Of a stretch of DNA of 64,000 bases, positions 1 through 12,812 are shown one piece after another (positions within the stretch are counted from its first letter, which is position 1; each line of letters starts with the position of its first letter). The translations under genes were made by a program, and so were the position numbers. The notes below the pieces were generated by a model. That model made no database searches, was not told the origin of the DNA, and saw nothing but the letters and a program-made list of their open reading frames with translations. Origin of the DNA: Eledone cirrhosa (lineage: Eukaryota); contig OZ024741.1 of NCBI GenBank assembly GCA_964016885.1, positions 390,662,001 through 390,726,000 of the forward strand, written 5' to 3'.

Positions 1-3000
1 TAGGGTCCCTATACAAACTTATAGGTCCCTAAAAGAAACATTTGAGAAGGATGTGGGGAATTCCTGCGTGAAACCACTTAACTGCGTCCTTCTCAAATGT
101 CTCCCCACCCCAGCCACCCCCATCCCACCAAACATCTTTGTCCCCCACCCCACCGGAAACCACCACCCATCCAGACAACCCCTCCAACACCCCCATGGAA
201 ATCGTGCAGCCTGGTCCCCAGGAGACGAAGGGTGAGTGATCTCTTTTCCTCTTTTAACTTTTCAGCACCAACATGGCCAATATAAGAGTTGGATGTGTGA
301 ACGTACACGGCCTGGAGATGCCCTGGAAACAGGGCAAACTCTTAAACGACCTCAGGTCGCACAGTATGGATGTGGTAGCCATTTGCGAGTCCAGGATCCA
401 CAGCGAGCGACAGCTGGCCCCCATCTTCAATGACTTTGAGATCTACGCATTTCTCTGTCAACCGAGGGGTGGGGGCGGAGTTGCCGTTTTGCTGCGGAAG
501 CACCTGGGCCTCGTTACACATACGGTACATCTGGACCCGGAGGGTCGACTGGTGGTCCTAGACGTTGGCGGTAGTGAAGGTGGAGCCTTCAGGCTGGTGG
601 CCACATATGCCCTATCCGGGACACCGCGGCCAGACTTCTTCAAACGTCTAGAGACTTTTCTGGGAACGTCCCGCTCCTTGCTTTTAGTGGGGGACTGGAA
701 TGGAATCCTAGATGCACGTTGGGACTATGTGGGAGCATGTCCCGATAAAGGGGGGGTGTAACAGCCTCAAACAGTTAATCGACCGATTTGACCTGGCCGA
801 TAGATATCGACTAGATTTTCCGACTGCGCCACTGTGGACGTGGAGTAATCGTAGCGGAACATCTACATCGTACCTAGATAGGGTTCTAGTTAGAAATAAG
901 GATAGGGACATGTTAAGCTGTCCACAAATGTTCATGGTTGCCTATTCAGATCACAAACTAGTGACCTGCATGGCCAACCTTGATAGAACCCATAGACAAG
1001 GACCCGGCTACTGGAAGCTGAACTTGTCGTTACCGACAAGCAAAGCCTACAGTAGACGGATTAGCACTTTAGTTAAACACCACTTGACAGGGGCCATTGT
1101 CAACAACAGATGGTGGTACTCTCTCAAGAGGGCAGTTAGATTAAACTCGATAGTTTTTAGTAAAGAATTAGCGTTAGATAGAAATAGAACCGAGAAGGAA
1201 CTGGTAGATAAAGTAGAAGAGGCAATTAGAAGTGGCAACGTAGCCAGCGTGCTAGCAACGAAAATGGCCTTGGACCAGTTCTTCGATGCAAAGCACGAGG
1301 GCTGCGTTGTCAGAAGCAAAATACGTGCTCTGGGAAACGAGGGAGCTAAAGCTGTTAGCTGGGCCCGAGTGACGGAGGCAAAAAGTGGCAACAAGTCCAC
1401 GATTCGGTCTTTGAAGGACCAAAACGGACGCGTGATACGTGAGCCGAAGCAGATGTGTGTGGCCTTTCAGCGGCACTTTGCTCAACTGTTCGGGAGGGTC
1501 GGCACGCCGGGAGGGGCTATGGATTTCAATTCATACCTCGACGGCCAACCACGACTCTCGGACAGCGAGACAAAGTTCTGCGAAAAGCCGATTTCAGCCG
1601 CTGAGATAGGGGACGCGTTGAGCCAATGCGGCAAACGCAAATCTCCAGGTCTCGACGGTCTACCCTACGAATTTTACGTAGCAATGCCGGACTTATTCTC
1701 CGGTCTCCTGCAACTGGCAACAGAACGGGAGAATTCCCAGTTCTGTAACCGGGGGCGTAGTCACACTAACCAGGAAGGACGAGAATAAGGGGGATGACAT
1801 AGGCAACTTCCGGCCCATAACTCTGCTGAACACAGAGTTACAGATTTTGGCCAAGGTGTTGGCAAAGAGGCTGGCGCTTGTCGTCGAGAACCTGGTGGGA
1901 GAAACACAGACATGCGCAATCCCGACCAGGTCCATACACGACAACCTCCACCTCATGTGATACATCATAGAGAGGGTAGGGTGTAAACCCGGCTTCGGTG
2001 GGGCCCTGATCAACTTGGATCAGTCTAAGGCTTTCGATAGGGTTGACCATCATTACCTGGATGCGGTGCTCGGGGCGGCAGGCTTCGGACCCGTGTTCAG
2101 GGGCTGGATTGCTGCAATGCACAACATCTGCTCAAGGGTCAAGGTGAACAGCTACCTTTCGGAGCCGTTCCATATTACGCGATCCATTCGACAGGGATGC
2201 CCTCTCTCCTCCCTTCTGTACGTACTGACTCTCGAGCCACTACTGCGGAAGTTGGAGCTATTGCAGGGCATCCCTCTGGAACCGGGACTGCGGAAAGCGG
2301 CGTTAGCCTACGCCGACGACGTGACAGTAATGGTGTCGACCGCCTCGCAAATCGAGGAAGTCGGCACCTTACTGAAGGAATACGAAAGTTTCACAGGAGT
2401 GAAGCTGAACTGGGACAAGTCCATCGGTTTGCAACTCGGATCGTGGAGAGGCAAACCGATGCCTTCCGATGGCGTCGTCGGACGCTGGACGGAAGGACCG
2501 GTAAAGCTGCTCGGGGTCTGGTTTGGTCCGGACCTCCAGGTGGAGAAGAACTGGAACAAAGTGACGGCCAAGGTGTTTGCACTCACCCAGAAGTGGGCCG
2601 AGTGCAAACTATCCTTGAAAGGTCGAGCGGAGGTGGAGAACACTTTTATAGCGTCCGCCATCTACTACCGCTTGACCGTCGTGCCTTGTCCAGCCAAAAC
2701 TCATCTCGCTGACCAAGCTGCAGTCCTGGGTCAAGCAAAGACCGAGGAAAATGGGCGACTGGCACATCGAATGTGCTCAGGCGCTCACAGCCCTCTGGCA
2801 GGCAGACCCGGCGATCAGTGGAGACTCCACTTCTTCATTCTATAGAGGGTTGATCCGCAGCAAGTGCGACGACGCGCTCAGTGAAACTCTAGGCGTAGAG
2901 GAAGATGAATTGGCCAGTCTGTTCGGTAGGACCTTCTGCCCGGGACCGATGGACAACTTCCAAATGTCCCTGGCCTGGCAGTGCTACCGAGAAGCTCTAC

Positions 3001-3692
3001 CAGTTCAAGACAAGCTCTACAGACATGGGCGCCCGGGCAGGGACCCTGCAAAAAAGAACTCTCCGAGGTGCGTGCGAGACCAAGAAACCGTCGCGCACGC
3101 ATTCATACACTGCCCGGGCATCACTGACCTATGGGGCTATGTAGAACGACTATTGTCGCGGGTGGGACCAATCCAGTTGACCACCGAGTCCATTGTCATG
3201 ATCAAACCGCCACCCTCCTTCAAAAACGAAGGAGAGGCGGTTTTCCTTTGTGTGATAGCTATGGCGAAAGAGGTTGTATGGTGGACAAGGTTGAAAGGGC
3301 TGAGGTCAGACACCTTTCTCTCCGGCCAACAACTGATTCTTTTTTTCAAATACCACTTTGGAAGAAGAATCAGGATGAAGAGAGAGGTGCTGTACCCCAG
3401 CAAGTTTTATGAAAGGTGGGTGAAAGTGGCGAGAATGGCCCGAGTGAATGGGCCTTCTCTCTATATCAGCCTGTAGGTTGAGGAAAAGGAGGAGGAGAGG
3501 AAAGGAGTACAAACTCTTTGTACTCCTGGAGATGAGGGTTGCACATTTTTTCGGGGGTATGTGTTACCCATATAAACTGTCTCCCCCTTTTTAAATTGCA
3601 TTTGTGATAACATTTTACACGTTTTTATTGTATATAAACTTCCCCCTTTGTATTTGTCCCCTTCTTTTGTGCCCCTGTGGCTAATAAAGAAA
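1..3692 (+). mobile_element. Tx1/L1-clade non-LTR retrotransposon (probable end of ORF1, disrupted ORF2, 3' UTR)
   Basis: ORF2 starts at 273 with APE motifs (CVNVHGL, VAICES, GDWN, SYLDR, SDH). Later frames carry PGYWKLN, KSPGLDGLP, DQSKAFDRVDH, RQGCPLS, YADD and a C-terminal knuckle-like CVRDQETVAHAFIHC. Frameshifts and stops are present. It ends AATAAAGAA followed by (TA)n. Confidence 0.93.
273..3476 (+). pseudogene. Disrupted ORF2: APE endonuclease, reverse transcriptase, zinc knuckle
   Basis: ORF pieces 273-761, 712-1788, 2015-2845 and 2751-3476 join into an L1/Tx1-type ORF2. About 220 bp is deleted near 2702 relative to the neighbouring copy. Confidence 0.9.
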
Positions 3693-3730
3693 TATATCTA
3701 TCTATCTATCTATATATATATATATATATT

Positions 3731-5030
3731 GTAAGCTGTCCCTAAAAGGTCGGGCGGAGGTGGCGAACATTTACATAGCGTCCGTCACTTACTACCGCCT
3801 GACTGTCGTGCCTTGCCCTAAGGAAACACTCACCACCATGGAACGCATGCTCTTCCAATTTCTTTGGAAGAAGCGCCCTCCTATGGTGAGAAGATCCACC
3901 TGCTGCCAACAACCTTCGAAAGGAGAGCTGGGGATGCCGTGGTTGATGATGCGTAGGCACGCAGTAAGGCTACGGCACCTACAGGTATTCCTCACTGGTC
4001 AACCGGTGTGGGCTCCGTTCGTGAAACGAGCCTTTCCGAGACTCGTCTCGCTCACCGAGCTGCAGTCCTGGGTCAAGCAAAGATCCGGAAAACTGGGAGA
4101 CTGGCACACTGAGTGTGCCCAGGCTCTCAGGGCTCTCTGGCAAGCGGGCCAGGCCATCGGTGGAGAATCCACCTCATCATTCTATAGAGGGCTGGTGGCT
4201 AGCAGGGGCGATGACAAGCTTGGAGAGTCGCTGGACATGGAAGAGGACGAACTGGCCAGCCTGTTCGGTAGGACTTTCGGCCCGGGACCAATGGACAACT
4301 TCCAGAAGTCACTAGCCTGGCAGTGCTACCGGGGGGGCTCTACCCGTTCGAGAGAGGCTCTACAGACACGGGCGCCCGGGCAGGGATCCCTCGAAAAAGA
4401 TTTGCCCTAGATGGGTGCGTCACGAAGAAACCGTTGCGCACGCATTGGTGCAATGTCCGGGCGTGGCTGATCTGTGGGGCTACGCCGAACAACTGCTGTC
4501 GCGGGTGGCGCCGATTCGATTGACCGCCGAGTCCGTGATGACAATCAAGCCGCCTCCCCTCTTCACAAAGGAAGCAAAGGCGGTTTTTCTGTGCGTAATA
4601 GCCATGTTGAAAGAGGTTGTTTGGTGGACACGATTGAAAGGTCTGAGGTCAGGCAACTTCCTCTCTGGCCATAGTCTGGTCTACTTCTTCCGATATCACT
4701 TCGGAAGAAGGATAAGAATGGAGAGAGAGGTGCTTGGCCACAGGCAGTTTTATGAAAGATGGGTGATAGTGGCGAGAATGGCTCGTGTAAATGGGCCTTC
4801 TCTGTATACCATCCTGTAGGTAAAGAAGTGAAGGAGAGGGGAGCACCTTCTCCATGTGCTCCCCGGGCAAAGGATTGCACACTTTTTCGGGGGTGTGTGC
4901 AACCCCCAGCACGTCCCCTCCCTTTTGAGGTTGTTTTCGATTATTTTCATTTTATACCCTTTTTACTCGATTTTATGTAAACTCCCCCTTTGTATTTGTC
5001 CCTTCTTTTATGCCTTTATGGTAAATAAAG

Positions 5031-5032
<2 letters not shown>
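3731..5032 (+). mobile_element. 5'-truncated second Tx1/L1-clade copy
   Basis: Homologous to 2603-3692 (SLKGRAEVAN...YYRLTVVPC...NGPSLYTIL*). It has the same AATAAAGAA+(TA)n end and is flanked by (TA)n on both sides. Confidence 0.92.
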
Positions 5033-5073
<41 letters not shown>

Positions 5074-5088
5074 CACACACACATACAT

Positions 5089-5465
5089 ACTGTAGAACCC
5101 CACAGAATGAGTGCCCCATTTTATGAGAAATTTGCTGTACGAGCCGAGGCTTGTGCACATTTTTGTCTTGTAGTAAGAGTGGAAATCCGCAGTATGAGCG
5201 AGTTTCATACAATTAATAAAACCAGTTTACATATTTCTTTTGCATTCTCTTTTATTATGTTTTAAGAATGTCATTTTCCTTGCAACTGCACCTTTTCTGT
5301 TTTAAAACCCATAAAAATGATTTTGAGGTGGGTTTTGGGAGCCAGAGTGGATTATTTATATTTTACTTAATTTCAATGGGGAAAATTGATTTGTAAAGTG
5401 AGTAAATCATAAAATGAGCTCGGTCACGAAACGAATTAAACTCGTACTGCGAGAGGTAGGACGGG
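5089..5465. mobile_element. Degenerate Tigger/pogo-like MITE
   Basis: Ends TActgtagaacccc... and ...ctcgtactgcgagaggtaggacgg resemble Tigger-type TIRs but are degenerate. Confidence 0.4.
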
Positions 5466-5761
5466 TGGGTGTGTGTGTGTGCGTGCGTGCGATTATTATT
5501 ATTATAAAATCCAATACTACAATGAAGACAATACGGAGAAACGGTAGGTGTGTTTCATTGAATGAACTCAACTTATTCAACTCGCAGTGTTTCAACGAAA
5601 AAAAAAACACCGAGTTCATTCAACGAAACGTATGTCCTTGTTATATTTTTACTATAGTATTGAATTTAATAATAGATTGAAACTTGTCCCATGGACTGAG
5701 TGCTCTACACCTCAGATATCATCACCAAATTTATTACTAGACTATATATATCATCATCATC

Positions 5762-5823
<62 letters not shown>

Positions 5824-7079
5824 TTCAAGAGATGCAAGATTTAATTCCTTACAGGAGCTTCTTACCACTTTTTTCCATCTCTCAGGGTATTTTACCATAA
5901 TAACAGTATTACTGTTATTATGATAATTTTCTGTGTTTACGACATCCACATTTTAAATTTAAAACTTTCCGGGCACTTCGTAAACCATAGCTTGCATACA
6001 CACACAACATACACTCATGTATGTATTGCACTATTATTTTACATACAACATTTACAATGGGCTCTGGTTTTTCACAGTACATACGATGTATATGCTAATT
6101 TAGGCTACTTTTTTTAATTATTTAGGAAAAAATATACTGGATCTCCTACATGACAGTAGAATTATTAAAGCAACAAATTCTGCAAGCTGGAAACTATCCG
6201 AGTGAAGCTTTTCTTTCTCCACTATATTTATACAACTGTGAACAAATCTTGTTTAAACACGCTGGAACATGTTTTGAAAAGTACAGTGTAAAAAATGACA
6301 TTACTTATGAGACACCCTGATGAAAACCTTTCATCATAATGTTATGCTTTAAATACCAGTTTAATAAATAAGTTAGCTATATTACTTAATCTCTCAAAAC
6401 TCTTGATTATTTTCAATATTGATTGAAAATCGTAAATGGTGTTTTCATTTAAAATATGGTAACAAGATGATTAATAAGTACTATAACCAGCAGAAAATGA
6501 GTCTTTGATAACATTCCCAGATATAACATTTCAGTCAACTACTACTAATGGGCATCTACGACAGATGGTCATTCACTGCTGCTTTTATGTCTTAAGTTAT
6601 ACAGTTTGCTAAAGAGCATGGGAGGGGTGTAGTTGAACTAAAAGTACAATTTGGGAATGGCAAAAGCAAAAGGATAATTACATACCTTAGGTGTAATTTT
6701 TTTAACAAAACTTTTTAAGTAAACACAGTTAGAAGAAAAGTTGGAAAGGTGGGTAATTAAAAACAGAAAAGTGTCAACATAAATGATCATTTGTAAAACT
6801 AGAAAATTGAGCTGACAATGGAATCAATGGTTTTTATAAGTAACAAGCTTTTAGAGCCATAGATTTGTGATTAAACATCATATAAGAACAAAACTTTCAC
6901 AGAGAAAACTGATGCATATGAAGAAAAATCATTGCATTTCACAGATTTATTATCTGAGTATGGCAACAAACAGATATTGAACTTGATCAAATAGAAAACA
7001 AGGATTTTGATGTTACTTTAAAATAAAATAAAGTAAAAAAAAAAATGAAGTGTAAAAGTAATATGAAATTTACAGCTCA

Positions 7080-7268
7080 TACCTATATATGTTTAGCTGG
7101 CTTTCTGCGAGTTTGCATCTCGTAGGAGGTTTCTTTGGTGTTTTAATGGGAGGGACCCCTGTCCTAACATGAAAAGCAAGATGAAATGAAGCATTTTCTA
7201 TGTGCCATCGGATCCAGGAACTGAACGCCCGATTTTATGATAATGAGTCCAACACCCTAATCACTAGC
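7080..7268 (-). mobile_element. Degenerate tRNA/CORE-like SINE (related copy at ~13905-14120)
   Basis: Shares tgaaatgaag...caaccctaatcacta head similarity with other SINEs and the acagctca-acctat block with 13915. Confidence 0.5.
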
Positions 7269-7465
7269 TAATGTTAATTCAATAGCAAAAAAAATATTGT
7301 TAAAAGAAAAACTATCAAGTATTATGCATGTTAGTGTCTACCCCAAAGGTTGGATTGAGGAAGGGAAAGAAATCTGAGTCAAACTATCTGGTGGGTTGCT
7401 AAATAAAATGTCATTTGTTTTAGATTTGTTTAGAGCACCCATAACTAATACTAATAAAAAGCCTT

Positions 7466-7706
7466 TTAATCATTTTGATACCAAACTGCTTGAAATTGGC
7501 CCTGGTCCTATGATACTAAACTGTTTATATTTATCTAAAAACAAACCATCATTATTTTATGTAAGAATTTTTGTTAAATTATGTTCCAAACACAAGCCTA
7601 ATAATGAGAAAATTAGTTATATTACTTAATCCCCGATTGTCTTCAAAATGACTTGAAAGTCATAGACAACATTTTTCATTAGGAATATGGCAACAAAAGG
7701 GTTAAT
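7466..7706. mobile_element. TTAA-flanked piggyBac-like MITE, family 1
   Basis: TTAAtcattttgatacca...tggcaacaaaagggTTAA. Homologous interiors occur at ~6290-6474, 13690-13806, 15445-15644 and 61869-62120. Confidence 0.7.
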
Positions 7707-7774
7707 ACTTATAATATGAAAACAGTGATAATACTTGGTAAGCTGACTTATAAAAACCCCCAAACACAGTTTAC

Positions 7775-9085
7775 AATCCTCCATTCTAGTTCGCTCCTCC
7801 CAACCTCCTATTCCATGCGGTCTAGGCATCTCTTCTACTTACCCTCAACCGTCCACCTCACAGATGGTTGACCGGTGCCACTTGTACACCACACGCAACA
7901 GACGAAAGAGAAGACAGAACTGCTCCAACTGCAACAGCTTCTTTCACCTCTCTTGGGTCAAACTCATGCGCGTCGGATTCCTTGCACCGGTGGCACTGCC
8001 TGTCGTGCCTATCCACCCCAAAACCACTGATGCTCACGGGCACCCGACCCAATGGGCACCTGAACCCACTTGACTCGGACGAGTGTCTGGTGGCGATCTT
8101 CCGCCTCAGGCATTAGTAGAAAGTCATCACCAGGATCCCCAGGTCTGCCCGCACTCCCATGGCTGAAGCGCTAGTGACTTTAATCGACCAAGTGCTTGAC
8201 TCGGGCAATCCATGGAACTGGACCAGACTGTTCAGTTTTGCTACACACGTACTCGAGATCCCGTTGGTGGCGAACCTGACAGCGAGAGACAGATCTGACA
8301 ACTCTCTGGCTTCAAGGCTCAAGGGCAATGTCGTCTCTTTCTGCGAGCCTTCACCCGGGAGCCTTTCGGCACACTCATACTGCCCACCAATGCCAACACA
8401 ACACCCCCCAATTCACCTACGACAGCACGAAACGTCTCCAGAACAGAGTCAACCTCAAACTAATTGAGGGTGAGGTTTTGGCGGCTGTTCGTGTGCTGGC
8501 CTTGAGCAACGCTGTGCTCCGACCAACACCGGATGTTTTGTCAGCGCTTCGGCTCAAACATCCGGGACGTTCCAACCCCGGCCAGCAATCTTTCCCTAGC
8601 AGTGTCCAGTGAGGACGTGATAGCCACCTAAGATCTTTTCCTGGTAGCAGCGGTGGTGGAGTAGACAGCTTGCGCCCCGGTCACCTCCGAGACCTCATCT
8701 CGCCTCATGCGGCAGAAGCAGGGGTCCGACTGCTCCAGTCCTCAACAACTGCCTCCACAAGATCGGAGCATCAGTGGACCATCTGAGGAAGGAGCCCCCG
8801 TGAGATTGTGGCTGTTGCAGCGAATGTCACTGGCTATTGTCCGTGGGAATGCTGTTGCAGTCTTGTCCTCGGGGAACAGCACTTCTACCCCCTTGCCCTA
8901 GACCCAAAGCCCAATCATTCTCCCCCTTCATTCCTCCCCTCTCTTCTGCGACACCAGAGTTCTTGCCATCCCCTCCCCTTTTTCTCTTTTTCTCTATATT
9001 TCCCTATTCCTTTTTTTTTTCTTTTAATTCCTTTTCTTTTCTTTTTTTATTATTGCCGTTATTATAGTTTCATTATTAATATAAT
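7775..9085 (+). mobile_element. Internally deleted RLE-type (CRE-like) non-LTR retrotransposon
   Basis: Pre-RT motifs VITRIPRSAR, WTRLFSFA, KLIEGEVLAAVRVL, LSALRLKHP and SFPGSSGGGVDSLRPGHLRDLI are joined to the C-terminal motif LWLLQRMSLAIVRGNAVAVL. The RT core is absent. A pyrimidine-rich 3' region follows. Confidence 0.7.
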
Positions 9086-9087
9086 AA

Positions 9088-9284
9088 GGGTGGTGGATTG
9101 GCAGTAACGGTAGAGAGTCGGATGCCATGCTTTGCAGCAAAGAGTTACGGCCCTTTATGATCTGAGTTCAAATCCCGCCGAGGTTAACTTTGCCTTTCAT
9201 CCTTACGGGGTCGATAAAATAAAGTACCAGTAATACACTGAAGAAATTGCTGGCCTTGTGCCAAAAGTAGAAACAATTATTAAT
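9088..9284 (+). mobile_element. tRNA-derived SINE family 1
   Basis: Box A-like TGGCAGTAACGG, box B GAGTTCAAATCC, body actttgcctttcatccttacggggtcgataaa, tail ggccttgtgccaaaagtagaaac(aat)n. Confidence 0.88.
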
Positions 9285-9749
9285 ATAATAAACATTATTT
9301 GTATATAAATTGAAAAAATATCATGTGTGAAGAATAAAATAAGTAGATAGTTGCTCTGATACACCAACTGGCAACATGAGGACAGATTAAATGACCTGCC
9401 TTTCTCAATGCATCAAAACTGTATGAGATTCAATTAGTAGTCAAGTAATCATAACAGTATCTGAGAAATATGAAATTAGAAATGTCCTTCATGATACTGA
9501 AGATGATTTCCTCCAAGATTCAACCATCAAGTGTAACAGAAATCAACCATCAAGTGTAACAGAAATGAGGAAAATGAAAATGACAGAAGAAGGTTTAAAA
9601 TGTTTCTATAGGGGCCTTGTTAGGTGGTAGGGAACCAACTGACCATATAAGGGGTAAGTGCATCAAAACTGCATGGGATTCATTTAGAAGTGAAGTAAGC
9701 ACAAAAGTCTATTCCTATTTAAGTTTTCTTCACTGCTATCATGACGGCC

Positions 9750-9990
9750 AACGTTATTTTTCCAAACTCATTTAAATACAGGTTTTGACAGCAGAGTCAA
9801 CGGAGGGGAGTTTCAGCTAGATCTTGTCAACAAAATCTCCATATGGAAGTCTCCAATATCCAAATGGCTAAATGTCAGCAGAAGGGCACCCAGGAGTCAT
9901 GACCTGGATGTGGCCTGGCCCTCTTAGAATGTAAGAAGTCAGTGACAAAACACTTGCTTGAGGGAGGTTTCTTCCCTGAAGACCTTCTGC
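9750..9990 (-). pseudogene. Possible highly decayed Tc1/IS630-type transposase fragment
   Basis: Minus-strand translation ...GPGH...PSADI*PFGYW...PSVDS resembles the APAH...SPDLNPLDY-W region. Confidence 0.3.
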
Positions 9991-10387
9991 TGTCCAGCTC
10001 TCCTGAAAGTTCCTTACCACTTCTTTTTCCCTTACAGTGAGAAACAAAACTCATTAAACAGCCCAAATGTGGGATGGAAAATCAAAAATTTTTTTTTTTT
10101 TCTTTAATTTTTTTTTTATATTAAAGTAGCCATCTTTTATAACAGGGTATGCTAGATTTTAAATAATAAAGCAACCCTGAAGCAAGGAATTAATTATATG
10201 GAATCAATAAAGTTTTAGAATACATGCTTAATAAAATGTTGATGGAATTAGATTTTAGGATTTTTTTTTTTTTCTATTTTGCAAGGAAATCAACATTTTG
10301 TAGCTAAAAGTAAATTGTATCTGAAGAAAAAGTTCAAAGCTATTGAAACAACAAAAGAAATAAGGAATAAATTTTATATTAAATTCT

Positions 10388-11658
10388 GAACTAGAGAAGA
10401 AATTCCAAACATGGAAGCATGGCCTAGAATCAAAAGGCCTTAAAATTAACCTGTCTAAGACTAAAGTTCTAGTTTGTGGGAAGGAAAATAGGGCACTGGT
10501 CCCATCTGGAAAATGGCCATGCTCAGTGTGTAGGAAAGGAGTAGGCAGAAACTCCATTTTATGTCCCAAATGCAAAGTATGGGTGCATAAAAGATGTAGT
10601 GGGATCACAGGTAAGCTAACTAAGAATATAGATTTTATATGTGGCCGGTGCTCAGGTGCTCATTCCATTGCACAGATGGTTCTATAGAAATAGTGGACAC
10701 CTTCCGTTACCTGGGTGACAAAATCAGCAGTGGTGGAGGGTGCTCTGAAAGTACAGTAGCTAGAGTCAGAACGGGATGGAAAAAGTTCAGAGAGCTTATA
10801 CCACTATTGGCCGCTAAAGGGTTCTCTCTAAAAATGAAAGGCAGACTGTATGATGCCTGCATACGAACAGCAATGTTACATGGCAGTGAGACCTGGGCAT
10901 TGTGTGCAGAGGATATACGCAGACTGGAGAGGAATGAAGCTTGCATGCTCCGCCGGATGTGTAATAGTAATATACGTGAACGGCAAAGCATAAATGAACT
11001 CAGGCAGAAATTAGGAATAAGAGGAATCAGATGTTGTTTACTCGAGAGAAGGCTACGTTGGTACGGTCACGTGATACGCATGAAAGACGACAGCTGTATA
11101 AAAAAGTGCAGGGCGATAAAAATAGACGGTAGCCACGGAGTAAGCAGACCCAGAAAAACCTGGGACGACTTGATAAATTCCGACCTCACACATTTACACC
11201 TCTCCAAGACAATGTCACTGGACTGAGATCTTTGGCGCTACACAGTAATACAGAAGACCCGCCTTACCTAAGTACAAAGCAAAACCTACAGTCAGTAGGC
11301 ACCTCTAACAAAAATACACACCCATCCCACCACCCCCACCCCATCCACACCACCCCTTTCAATGTAAAGTTTATGTTGGTACCACAACATCCAGTTCGAA
11401 ATAAATGAGGTCGTGTAGGTGTCATGACAAAAAAACACACAGTCCACGCTGTAATATGGCCATGTAGGTAACACGGTAAAAACCTCCCAGTCCACACTGT
11501 AAACGTGGTTGGTGTTAAGAAGGGCATCCAGCCGTAGAAAACCCGCCAGACAGTCCTATACAAGCAAGACAACCAATCTTGCCTGAAGTGGGAAAATTCC
11601 CGCCCAAACCCATGCAAGCGTGGAAAATGGACGTTAAACGATGATGATGATGATGATG
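10388..11658 (+). mobile_element. RTE LINE subfamily A, 5'-truncated older copy
   Basis: GLKINLSKTK, PHD, FRYLG, LHGSETW, LRWYGHV, TRLT*, then a ~390 nt 3' UTR and a (GAT)n tail. Confidence 0.92.
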
Positions 11659-12160
11659 TCTCATTTTTCACTAACAGGAAAAGGAATTCAATCCCTTTAA
11701 CCTGATAACAATAGTCAAATCGCTTCAGAATATTGAAATAACAGACGGCACAACATAAAGGTTTATTAGAACAGACTACCAGTGGGACTTTTATGGAACT
11801 GCAATTATGAAAATGGTTGACTATTATAAAGGGTGGGTGGAAAAAACTCCATATTTAAGATTGTTAAATAACTTTATTAATTATTGGTCTATTTTTGTAA
11901 AACCTATTATATTTTGAACAGTATAATGATAGAAGTACAGTACATTGTTAAAATTCTACATAGGCACTAGTGTTTGTAATCGTCTGGGTATATCCTCAAC
12001 TGATTTCATCAGGAACTCGGACAGTATGTTGGTCAGACATGACAAATGCTTTCCTCCAATTAAGTCATAGTTTTTGGTTTTGAGCTCTAACTTCTTACAA
12101 TATTATTTAAAAAAAAAAGAAAGTGTGTGTGTACGTACGTATGTATGTATATATATATAT

Positions 12161-12495
12161 CATCATCATCATTTTACGTCCGCTTTTCCCTGCTTGCAAG
12201 GGTGAGACGGGAACTGATTCTGGCTTGATTTCTACAGCTGGATGCCCTTCCTAACACCAACCTCATTTACAGTGAGTGCTGGGTGCTTTTTTGCCGTGGC
12301 ACCTCCACGACCACTTTGCAGTGGAATGATATGAACCCCAGTCCCTATCATCTCATTTCTACAGCTGAGTAAACTGGAGCAATGTGAAATAAAGTGTCTT
12401 GCTCAAGGAAACAACACATCACCCGGTCTGAGAATTGAACTCACAACCTTTCGATTGCAAGGCCAATGCTCTAACCACTAAGCCATGTGCCTCCA
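12161..12495 (-). mobile_element. tRNA-CORE SINE family 2 with RTE-B-type 3' end
   Basis: Head TGGCTTAGTGGTTAGAGC / GAGTTCAATTC, CORE-like tccttgagcaagacacttta, aggaagggcatccagctgtagaaa block, tail cccttgcaagcagggaaaagcggacgtaaaat(gat)n. Confidence 0.9.
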
Positions 12496-12526
12496 CTATA
12501 TATATATATATATATATATATATGCC

Positions 12527-12812
12527 TAACCTCCCTCATAGTGGGACCATCCAGATTCTAAATTATGGTTCAGATGTGAGCAGGATACAGTGCGGCCAAC
12601 TAACCAGACCTCCCTCATAATGGGACCATCCAGATCCCAAAACACAGCAACAGTCCCAATATTGTGCAAGGTACGGCATGGACATTTGGCCAGACTTGGA
12701 TCATAACAGGACCACCCAGTAACGTGGCTCTAATATGTGTAAGGCTTGGTGTGGCCAACTGGCCAAACCTCCCTCATAATGGCACCACCCAGCTCCCAAA
12801 CTATGGTTCTGC
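12527..12812 (+). repeat. Three degenerate copies of a ~45-bp motif
   Basis: acctccctcata(a/g)tgg(g/c)accatccag at ~12528, ~12607 and ~12767. Confidence 0.7.

Noticed and set aside
5551-5630. 18-bp inverted repeat gtttcattgaatgaactc / gagttcattcaacgaaac
   Set aside because: The hairpin is real, but there is no recognisable ribozyme core or second copy in the window.
11702-11760. CTGATAA-caata...tattg-AAA hammerhead-like motif
   Set aside because: The core is mutated and there is no convincing stem I or III.
12430-12495. tRNA-like sequences (also 9088, 33920)
   Set aside because: These are SINE heads with box A/B but no complete cloverleaf.
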